DNA of 10,370 nt from Bacteriovoracaceae bacterium (GTDB lineage: Bacteria; Bdellovibrionota; Bacteriovoracia; Bacteriovoracales; Bacteriovoracaceae), in contig JBMYPC010000109.1 of assembly GCA_049599895.1 (NCBI GenBank), forward strand, positions 1-10,370, given 5' to 3'. Shown in pieces: positions 1 to 6,119 of this stretch. Each line of letters begins with the position of its first letter. Position 1 is the first letter of the stretch. Position numbers and translations under genes: made by a program. A model generated the notes under the pieces. The model made no database searches. It saw nothing but the letters and a program-made list of their open reading frames with translations, and was not told the DNA's origin.

Positions 1-328
1 AAAACTTAAAGGGATAGACCAGATAACTTGAAATTCGACCTAGGCGGATATCTTCAGAAAGGTTTCGACTGTGATGACTTTGAGCGAGGAGGGCCACTAA
101 TAATGTCCAAATCTGATATAGCATCATCTGATCAAGGGAATAGCCTTTAATCACAAGATTAGGGTCCCCTCCGTAAACAGTTTGCCAGAGATTATATTTG
201 ATCCAATAAAAACCAAGAGCTGGTCCAATGACTGTTAAGACGAGGTCAACTCGATAAGCGAGAATATTTGAGAGTTGATTTTTTATGGTTTGAAACCATT
301 TGGATGGACGAATTTCAAAGAGATACAC
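1..328 (-). CDS. ABC-2 family transporter permease (ABC2_membrane_6/DUF990-like), 5' part only, runs off the window
   Basis: Not in the ORF track. My translation from GTG at 328 (2 nt after the ATPase stop) is open to the window edge: MYLFEIRPSKWFQTIKNQLSNILAYRVDLVLTVIGPALGFYWIKYNLWQTVYGG...IKGYSLDQMMLYQIWTLLVALL...LSEDIRLGRISSYLVYPFKF. The 'aYR', 'GYs..qm..Y' and 'I..G.i..yL..P' patterns and hydrophobic segments fit this permease family. Confidence 0.85.
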   Translation of the reverse strand, partial: MYLFEIRPSKWFQTIKNQLSNILAYRVDLVLTVIGPALGFYWIKYNLWQTVYGGDPNLVIKGYSLDQMMLYQIWTLLVALLAQSHHSRNLSEDIRLGRISSYLVYPFKF

Positions 329-330
329 AA

Positions 331-1332
331 TCAGCCTTCTTCTTTCAAAAGAATTTGAGGGTTGTGCATAAGGGTTTCCATGACATTTTCAATGGGTGTC
401 TTCTCTGTCCCAAAGTCGATCACATCAAAGTCTGTGAGAATCTGGCTTGAAATCTCTCGAATCTTTTCTTCAGGAATTCGGAGCATGACCTTTTTGTTTT
501 CATTTTCCCAAACGGGTTCGAGGTTTTTCCAAATCTCGAGACTTGGATCTTGTGTGGTTTTAAAATTAAAACTCAAGCCTTTTTTATTACCAAGGATTTG
601 CTCAAACTCTTGAATGGGTCCATCGAAAGCTTTTTGACCTTTAAGGATGAGAATGATTCGGGGACATAGGGCCTGAACGTCCGCCATATAATGTGAGGTG
701 AGGATCACTGTCACTTTATTTTCTTTTTGATACTCTTTTAAAAAGCTTCGAATCTTATTCTGAGAAACAAGATCAAGACCAATTGTTGGTTCGTCGAGAA
801 AAAGAATCTTAGGGGAGTGAAGGAGTGAGGCCATTAACTCAACTTTCATTCTCTCTCCTAGAGAGAGTTTCCGAACATGAGTGTGAAGTTCGTTTTTGAC
901 TCCTAACATTTCAGAAAGTTCACCAACTTTCTTTTTGAATTCAGCATCTTCAACCTCATAGTATTTTTGAAGAAGAAGAAAACTATCCATTGCCGGGATA
1001 TCCCACCAGAGCTGAGACTTTTGTCCCATGATAAGAGCGAGGTGTTTTCGAAAAGGGATTTTTCTTTCACTAGGAGTAAATCCTATAACTTTAAGTTCCC
1101 CAGAGCTTGGAACAATGATTCCAGTAAACATTTTCATGAGGGTTGTTTTTCCGGCTCCATTGGGTCCTAAGAGTCCAACGAAAGAGTTTGATTCAATTTC
1201 AACATCGAAACTTTGGACTGCATTTTTAACAAAAGCTTCTCTTTTAACAAAAGAAGTAAGGGATCCTAAAAGACCTTCTTTTTTCTTGTAACTTACGAAG
1301 TTTTTGGAAAGGCCTTGAGCGATGATATCCAT
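331..1332 (-). CDS. ABC-2 type transporter ATP-binding protein
   Basis: Walker A GPNGAGKTT, Q-loop MGQKSQLWWD, signature LSLGERM, Walker B ILFLDEPTIGLD, H-switch LTSH; adjacent to the permease. Confidence 0.95.
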   Translation of the reverse strand: MDIIAQGLSKNFVSYKKKEGLLGSLTSFVKREAFVKNAVQSFDVEIESNSFVGLLGPNGAGKTTLMKMFTGIIVPSSGELKVIGFTPSERKIPFRKHLALIMGQKSQLWWDIPAMDSFLLLQKYYEVEDAEFKKKVGELSEMLGVKNELHTHVRKLSLGERMKVELMASLLHSPKILFLDEPTIGLDLVSQNKIRSFLKEYQKENKVTVILTSHYMADVQALCPRIILILKGQKAFDGPIQEFEQILGNKKGLSFNFKTTQDPSLEIWKNLEPVWENENKKVMLRIPEEKIREISSQILTDFDVIDFGTEKTPIENVMETLMHNPQILLKEEG

Positions 1333-1391
1333 GTTAGTGAACCGGTGAATTGTTTATGATTGATTTTGCTTTGTGTCCTGCTTCATCACTT

Positions 1392-1420
1392 TTCATACAA
1401 GATCACCTAAATGGGGTCAA
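1392..1420 (-). promoter_or_regulatory. Possible sigma70 promoter for the ABC operon
   Basis: Minus strand TTGACC (1420-1415), 17 nt, TATGAA (1397-1392). The -10 box lacks the conserved final T. Confidence 0.35.
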
Positions 1421-1636
1421 GGGGGGTTCGTTATTAATCGTGCTTGTTAAGCACTTGATAATGTTGCGAGTTTTGCTAAAATCAGTTTAAGAATCAATCA
1501 TCATTTTTGTGCCTCTAGTTAAGATTTCGAGCTTGCTAAACAGCAGAAAATTGATTATTTTTTCGTATTATTTCACGTGGTTTGGAAAGTTTAAGATATG
1601 GCCCGAGCGAGTACATTTGGAAAGCATGGAGAATGC

Positions 1637-1870
1637 ATGGAAATCGTAAAGAAAACAGACAAGTATTTATTCGTTAAAAAGCGTAACGGACGTTATGGAG
1701 TGAAGACTCTTAGAGGTCAGTGGATTAACGGAGAAGACAAAGTTAAGCTTCTGGCCGCTGAAGGATTTATCAAAGTTCAGGAAAAGAAAGCCGAAGAAGC
1801 ACCAGCTGAAGAAGCAGCCGAGGAAACAACTCAAGAAGCTGCTCCTGAAGAAGCAAGTCCAGCAGAATAG
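1637..1870 (+). CDS. Small hypothetical protein (77 aa): basic N-terminal domain plus acidic Glu/Ala/Pro low-complexity tail
   Basis: ATG at 1637 is preceded by SD-like GGAGA and is in frame with the ORF-track start at 1598. Protein MEIVKKTDKYLFVKKRNGRYGVK...INGEDKVKLL...EEAPAEEAAEETTQEAAPEEASPAE. Confidence 0.75.
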   Translation: MEIVKKTDKYLFVKKRNGRYGVKTLRGQWINGEDKVKLLAAEGFIKVQEKKAEEAPAEEAAEETTQEAAPEEASPAE

Positions 1871-2066
1871 TCTGCATAAGTTCCTACTTTTATATTCAAT
1901 ACAGGCTTTTATACAAGGCGATCGAAAATATTTTCCTATTGGGGAGCCCAAGACAAGAGCCTCTTTACCTACTTCTGAGAAGCTTAAAAACCACTAATTT
2001 TTGAGAGGGTGTGTTGATTTTAGACACACCAGCCCTTCTAACTGGTTGAAATTGTAGAGGATGTGT

Positions 2067-2083
2067 TTGGCACCTTAAGTGCA
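2067..2083 (+). promoter_or_regulatory. Sigma54 (RpoN) -24/-12 promoter motif
   Basis: TTGGCACCTTAAGTGCA with GG (2069-70), exactly 10 nt, GC (2081-82); close match to the consensus YTGGCACGNNNNTTGCW. Confidence 0.6.
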
Positions 2084-2093
2084 TACTATTAGG

Positions 2094-2159
2094 TACTCAA
2101 ACAAAGAGCCTATTAGATCAAATTAACCGTGTGCCAAGCTTTGATCTAATAGGTTTTTT
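2094..2159 (+). ncRNA. Candidate ~65-nt small RNA (sigma54 promoter to hairpin plus U6)
   Basis: Predicted +1 near 2094; no ORF; ends in a 14-bp perfect stem with a 17-nt loop followed by TTTTTT. No family recognised. Confidence 0.35.
2109..2159. terminator. Probable bidirectional intrinsic terminator
   Basis: CCTATTAGATCAAA (2109-2122) and TTTGATCTAATAGG (2140-2153) form a perfect inverted repeat. T6 follows on +; CTCTTTGTTT follows on -. It lies just after the YbaK-family stop codon. Confidence 0.75.
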
Positions 2160-2160
2160 A

Positions 2161-2640
2161 CTATTCTGAATTCTTAGAAAAATGACAGTATTTGGCCCTA
2201 ATAAGCTCGAGATAATCTTCAGTAGAAAGAATTATTGAAGTGGTGAGCTCTCCCGCATTAAATGCGACTCTTTCCAAATTTAAAATCGAAGTATCGACAA
2301 AGAAGTCAAACTCAAATAACGAAGAAAGGGGAGGAAGAGCACCTTTAGGAACTCCTGTGAGCTCTTGAAACTCTTCGTCTGTAGCAAAGCGTAGCCTTTG
2401 GGATTTTATGATTTTTCTTAGGCGATTAGAATCAACAGTTTTTTCAGCGGAAATAACAGCAATGAAAAAGGACTTTTTTCCTTTAAAGAGAAGGGTTTTG
2501 CCTCCATTTTTTAAGGGCTCACCGCGAGCTTCGGCACTTAGTTCACAGGTTGGTGCAGCTGCGTGTCTTACTATTTTATAGTTCACTTTTTTTTGATCGA
2601 GGAGTTTTAAGATCTTATCTTTCATTGCTTCAGTTGCCAT
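2161..2640 (-). CDS. YbaK/ProX/EbsC-family aminoacyl-tRNA deacylase (trans-editing) domain protein
   Basis: 159 aa; H...T...SA..RG, conserved Lys in GGKTLL, LRFATDEE...TGVPKGALPP (GXXXP loop), FNAG...SI.L...DY. Confidence 0.9.
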   Translation of the reverse strand: MATEAMKDKILKLLDQKKVNYKIVRHAAAPTCELSAEARGEPLKNGGKTLLFKGKKSFFIAVISAEKTVDSNRLRKIIKSQRLRFATDEEFQELTGVPKGALPPLSSLFEFDFFVDTSILNLERVAFNAGELTTSIILSTEDYLELIRAKYCHFSKNSE

Positions 2641-2652
2641 AGTAAAACCACT

Positions 2653-2680
2653 ATCATAAAAAATGAGGAATTGAAGTCAA
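2653..2680 (-). promoter_or_regulatory. Sigma70 promoter of the YbaK-family gene
   Basis: Minus strand TTGACT (2680-2675), 16 nt, TATGAT (2658-2653); the -10 box ends 12 nt before the ATG. Confidence 0.55.
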
Positions 2681-2703
2681 TATCATACGTTAAGGATGAG
2701 ATC

Positions 2704-3189
2704 GTGAAAAAAGTTTTATTAGGTGCGGGATGTTTTTGGGGTGTCCAAGACATTTTGAAAAAGCAAGAGGGTGTCGCAAAAACTCTTGTGGGCTACGCTG
2801 GTGGAATTATTTCAAACCCAAGCTATAAAGACATTTGTACAGGGCAGACAGGTCATACTGAAGTTGTTCAAGTTGAGTTTGATGAACGGAAGATTTCTTT
2901 TGTGGAGATTCTTAGTGTTTTCTTTCGACTTCACGATCCCACTCAACTGAATCGTCAGGGTGTTGATATCGGCAGTCAATATCGTTCGGCAATTTATGTT
3001 GAGAGTGAAACAGACTTAAATGAAGCAAAAGACTTTATTGAATCACTTGATAAGAAAAAAATCTTTGAAAATAAAATCGTGACTGAAGTAAAGATTGGTG
3101 AAGTCTTCTATGTTGGCGAAGAATATCATCAGGACTACTTCGATAAAAACCCTAATTCAGGTTGTCACTTCCTACGACCAGAGCTCTAA
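2704..3189 (+). CDS. msrA: Peptide-methionine (S)-S-oxide reductase MsrA
   Basis: GAGCFWG active site, [33 protein letters not shown]-terminal GCH. GTG at 2704 after AAGGA is a more likely start than TTG at 2671. Confidence 0.96.
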   Translation: MKKVLLGAGCFWGVQDILKKQEGVAKTLVGYAGGIISNPSYKDICTGQTGHTEVVQVEFDERKISFVEILSVFFRLHDPTQLNRQGVDIGSQYRSAIYVESETDLNEAKDFIESLDKKKIFENKIVTEVKIGEVFYVGEEYHQDYFDKNPNSGCHFLRPEL

Positions 3190-3618
3190 GAACTCACCAT
3201 AGCCTTCTTCTTCAAGCTTCGAAACAGGAATGAATCGCATCGCTGCAGAGTTCATACAATAACGTTTGTTTGTGGGGGCGGGCCCATCGTCAAAGACATG
3301 GCCCAAATGATTATCAGCGTTTTTTGATCTTACTTCAGTTCGAGCTCTTAAAAATAAAGAACGGTCTTCTTTGTAATCAACATTGTCTTGAACCAATGGT
3401 TTTGTAAATGAAGGCCAACCGGTTCCAGAATCATATTTATCAAGGGAGCTAAAGAGTGGTTCTCCGGAGAGAATATCAACATAAATTCCTTGTTCTTGAT
3501 TATCCCAATACTCATTTTTAAAAGCTGGTTCCGTTCCATCTTTTTGAGTTACTTTATATTGCAGCTTAGTAAGCTTTACCTTTAATTCTATTGGGGAAGG
3601 CTTTTTAAAGTCATTCAT
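3172..3618 (-). CDS. msrB: Peptide-methionine (R)-S-oxide reductase MsrB
   Basis: [31 protein letters not shown] and catalytic RYCMNS. Confidence 0.97.
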   Translation of the reverse strand: MNDFKKPSPIELKVKLTKLQYKVTQKDGTEPAFKNEYWDNQEQGIYVDILSGEPLFSSLDKYDSGTGWPSFTKPLVQDNVDYKEDRSLFLRARTEVRSKNADNHLGHVFDDGPAPTNKRYCMNSAAMRFIPVSKLEEEGYGEFLELWS

Positions 3619-3705
3619 TCTCTAGTTCCTGGTATTTTTAGACTTGCTATCTTTTAACAATTAGCACCGGTTCAGCTTGTTTAAAAGGCTGTCGAATCTT
3701 TTCTT

Positions 3706-3734
3706 TTGAAACGCAGCTTATATTTCGCTATACT
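3706..3734 (+). promoter_or_regulatory. Sigma70 promoter upstream of the fructosamine kinase-DUF501 pair
   Basis: TTGAAA (3706-3711), 17 nt, TATACT (3729-3734). Confidence 0.55.
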
Positions 3735-3821
3735 TTCAGTAACTTATCTATTGATTTAGTGATACTAAACCTAGGATTAAGATAATCTTTAGTGATATTG
3801 GACACTTAAAGAGGGTTTGCT

Positions 3822-4715
3822 TTGGAAGCGTTAAGTTTAAACATTGAAAAAGACCTAGAATCTCGCTTAAGAGATCTTATGGATGAGAGCAATTTAAACG
3901 TTGGTCTTGCTCGAGAGATCTCTGGAGGCTCAATTAATAAGGTCTATCTTGTAAAAGTCTCAAGCTCAAAGCTTCCAGGGGAAGTCATTGTCAAAAGCCA
4001 TGAGAAGCCACCTAAGGACTTTTTCTTTAAAGAGGCCAATGGTCTGAAATCTCTGTCATTTCTCGCCAAAAAAGGCACAACCTTAAGAGTTCCTGAAGTT
4101 TATGGCCATAATGATCATATGCTCGTTCTTGAGTACATCCCAGCTGGATCAGAGAACTCCTATGACCAATTAGCAAAAGGGCTATTGGAACTTTATTCAT
4201 TTCATAGACCAAGCTTTGGTTTTGACGAAGATAATTATATTGGTCTCAATGATCAGAAAAATACTCTTTCCAATGATTGGGGAAGTTTCTTTTATAATGA
4301 AAGACTTCTTTTTCAAGTTGAAAAAACCGCTGATGAGTCTTGGAAAATGAAGCTTGAAGAGCTGAAACCTAAAATGATAGGCCTTATCACCAAGCATCAT
4401 CCTAAACCAAGTTTGGTTCATGGAGATCTTTGGAATGGGAATTTCTTTTTTGATCAAACCGGAAAACCGGTTCTCATTGATCCTGCGGTTTCCTATAGCG
4501 ACCCTATGGTGGATATTGCCATGACATCTTTGTTTGGAGAACTCCCTGATAGCTTCTATCAAACTATAATTAAAGGTCTTGGGCTTAATGGCGATCATGT
4601 GATGCCACTTTTTATCATTTATAACTTCTATCACATCTTGAATCACTACAATCTTTTTGGTAATTCCTATGCACCACAAGTGGAAAGAATGTTTCAAGAA
4701 ATCGAAAATCTTTAG
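3822..4715 (+). CDS. Fructosamine/ketosamine-3-kinase family protein
   Basis: ISGGSIN, F.KEA.GL..L, FGFDEDNYIG...Q.N, PSLVHGDLWNGN, LIDPA, D+AM..LFG, YH.LNH.NLFG..Y. Start uncertain (TTG 3822 after GAGGG, or ATG 3879). Confidence 0.92.
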   Translation: MEALSLNIEKDLESRLRDLMDESNLNVGLAREISGGSINKVYLVKVSSSKLPGEVIVKSHEKPPKDFFFKEANGLKSLSFLAKKGTTLRVPEVYGHNDHMLVLEYIPAGSENSYDQLAKGLLELYSFHRPSFGFDEDNYIGLNDQKNTLSNDWGSFFYNERLLFQVEKTADESWKMKLEELKPKMIGLITKHHPKPSLVHGDLWNGNFFFDQTGKPVLIDPAVSYSDPMVDIAMTSLFGELPDSFYQTIIKGLGLNGDHVMPLFIIYNFYHILNHYNLFGNSYAPQVERMFQEIENL

Positions 4716-4739
4716 AACTTTAAATTAGGTCAAACGCTT

Positions 4740-5237
4740 ATGCTTTCTGATGAAGACTTTAATAAAGTCAAAAACTTCCTTGGTCGTGATCCTGAAGGAT
4801 CCAAAGAAGTTTTAGTGCGAGATAAAAACGGAAATCCTCGAGTCATTAGAGTTTCGGCTTATTTCAATAAAACTCCTTTTCCTACAATTTACTGGCTTGT
4901 TTGTCCTATCTTAAAGAAGAGAATTGATGAAATTGAAGCTTCGGGTTTTATAAAGCACTTAGAGTCAGAAGTTTTCCTTAAAGGAAGCGACCTTCTTTTT
5001 GAACTTGAAGCTGACCAAAGAAGATGTATCGAGTCTCGAATGAATTCAATCAAAGACGATGGGATTGAAAAAGATATCCCAGAAAAAATCTTAAGATCAT
5101 TTCAAGAGCGCGGCATTGGTGGCATCCAAAAGTTTGAACAGGTGAGATGTCTTCATATGCATTATGCTTTTCATTTAGTTCACGGAGGAGTTGTTGGACG
5201 TCTTCTTGATGAGAAGTTTCAGTTAAGTCAGCTTTAA
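4740..5237 (+). CDS. DUF501 family protein
   Basis: LGR.P, G.P.V, PFPTIYWLVCP, E..G, GIGG, VRCLHMHYA..L pattern typical of DUF501. Confidence 0.85.
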   Translation: MLSDEDFNKVKNFLGRDPEGSKEVLVRDKNGNPRVIRVSAYFNKTPFPTIYWLVCPILKKRIDEIEASGFIKHLESEVFLKGSDLLFELEADQRRCIESRMNSIKDDGIEKDIPEKILRSFQERGIGGIQKFEQVRCLHMHYAFHLVHGGVVGRLLDEKFQLSQL

Positions 5238-5240
5238 AAT

Positions 5241-5268
5241 AAAAAAAGCTAGGTTTTAGACCTAGCTT
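5241..5268 (-). terminator. Intrinsic terminator of the histone gene (between convergent genes)
   Basis: AAGCTAGGT (5246-5254) and ACCTAGCTT (5260-5268) form a stem with a 5-nt loop; A7 on + gives a U7 tract on the minus strand. Confidence 0.85.
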
Positions 5269-5297
5269 CCTATAACAAAAATAAATTTTATAACTTA

Positions 5298-5531
5298 TTA
5301 TGCCATAATGTCGTATGGGCGGATTGTCTTTCTTCCGTTCGCAGCAGCTTTCTTTTGAGCTTGATCAACTAGCCAGTAAACATACTCGTTCATTGCATCT
5401 AGTGCATCAGCAGAAACATTAAAAGTATTCTTTCCAGAACCTTTAAGAGCTTCTTTAGTTTTTGATCCAACTAATAGCATTTCTTTTGCTGCTTTTTTTG
5501 CTGCTTTCTTTTTTGCTTTTTTCTTGGCCAT
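5298..5531 (-). CDS. Bacterial histone-fold protein (Bd0055/HBb- and Leptospira histone-like) with a Lys-rich N-terminal tail
   Basis: Core of about 60 aa: LLVGSKTKEALK (alpha1), NVSADALDAM (L1 into alpha2), long alpha2, then ANGRKTIRPYDI (L2 RKT motif and R...D clamp, compare archaeal HMf AGRKTIKAEDI). SD AAAGGA 6 nt upstream of the ATG. Confidence 0.88.
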   Translation of the reverse strand: MAKKKAKKKAAKKAAKEMLLVGSKTKEALKGSGKNTFNVSADALDAMNEYVYWLVDQAQKKAAANGRKTIRPYDIMA

Positions 5532-5575
5532 GAGATTTCCTTTGTTAGAAGTATTTGGCTATTTAAGTTTTAAAA

Positions 5576-5604
5576 ATCATAGGAAGCTTCGGTCTTCACG
5601 TCAA
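5576..5604 (-). promoter_or_regulatory. Near-consensus sigma70 promoter of the histone gene
   Basis: Minus strand TTGACG (5604-5599), 17 nt, TATGAT (5581-5576); 5/6 match in each box, with an AT-rich stretch upstream. Confidence 0.75.
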
Positions 5605-5622
5605 CACTAAAAATACTTCAAA

Positions 5623-6105
5623 TCAGCTTTTAGGAGCCTTTTTCGACACTTTAACGATAAAGTCAAACTCTGACTTTTCCACTGGAGTGATAGAAAGTCT
5701 CGATCCCTTTTGAAGCACGCGCATCTCTGAAAGCTCGTCATACTCCTTCATTTCCCTTAATCCGACTGTTCTTGTGAACTTTTTGACATAGGTGACATCG
5801 ACCATAATCCACCTTGGATTTTCAGGATCAGACTTGGCATCGTAGTACTTACTTTTTTTATCAAAAGCAGTATGGTCGGGATAACCCTCACGAGAAATTT
5901 TTGCCACTCCTACGACTCCAGGAACGTCACAATTGGAATGATAAAAGAGGACTTGATCACCAACTTTCATGTCATCTCTCATAAAGTTTCTGGCCTGATA
6001 GTTTCTTACACCATCCCAATGATCAGTTGATTTTGGTGCGTCTTTCAGGTCATCAATTGAAAAGACATCGGGTTCAGATTTCATTAACCAGTATTTTTTG
6101 GCCAT
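5623..6105 (-). CDS. EVE domain-containing protein (THYN1/Thy28-like, PUA superfamily)
   Basis: YWLMKSEPDVFSIDDL, WDGVRNYQARNFMR, GD.VLFYHSN, YPD.TAFD..S.YYD.KS....PRW..VDV, RLSITPV. Confidence 0.95.
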   Translation of the reverse strand: MAKKYWLMKSEPDVFSIDDLKDAPKSTDHWDGVRNYQARNFMRDDMKVGDQVLFYHSNCDVPGVVGVAKISREGYPDHTAFDKKSKYYDAKSDPENPRWIMVDVTYVKKFTRTVGLREMKEYDELSEMRVLQKGSRLSITPVEKSEFDFIVKVSKKAPKS

Positions 6106-6119
6106 AAGGATTTCCTTTT

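Noticed and set aside
268..1291. Short + strand ORFs 268-450, 362-613, 967-1170 and 1028-1291
   Set aside because: Antisense shadows of the ABC ATPase and permease, with no motifs or convincing RBS.
1667..1951. 94-aa minus-strand Cys/Phe-rich ORF
   Set aside because: Its composition is the reverse-complement artefact of the GAA/GCA-rich tail of the + strand gene.
2005..2160. Intergenic inverted repeats as a CRISPR array, MITE or tRNA
   Set aside because: No repeated units with spacers, no target-site duplication or transposase, and no cloverleaf or T-loop motif.
3348..4697. Minus-strand ORFs 3348-3539, 4027-4212 and 4197-4697
   Set aside because: Alternative-frame or antisense overlaps of msrB and the fructosamine kinase gene; no recognisable features.
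5484..5525. Short TTTTGC/TTTTTTGC repeats as a tandem repeat or phase-variation tract
   Set aside because: Explained by the AAA/GCA codons of the histone Lys/Ala tail; the reading frame is intact.
5298..5531. Calling the 77-aa protein a histone H1-like/HC2 or HU protein
   Set aside because: The AKK-rich part is only 15 aa and there is no HU signature; the remainder fits a core histone fold with the RKT...D motif.
5548..5619. 9-bp inverted repeat GAAGTATTT / AAATACTTC flanking the histone promoter
   Set aside because: AT-rich, 54 nt apart and not extendable; compatible with chance, and not a terminator or MITE on this evidence.
5623..6105. EVE gene as part of a modification-dependent restriction or defence system
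   Set aside because: Stand-alone EVE with no nuclease, ATPase or toxin domain fused or nearby; the context is housekeeping.
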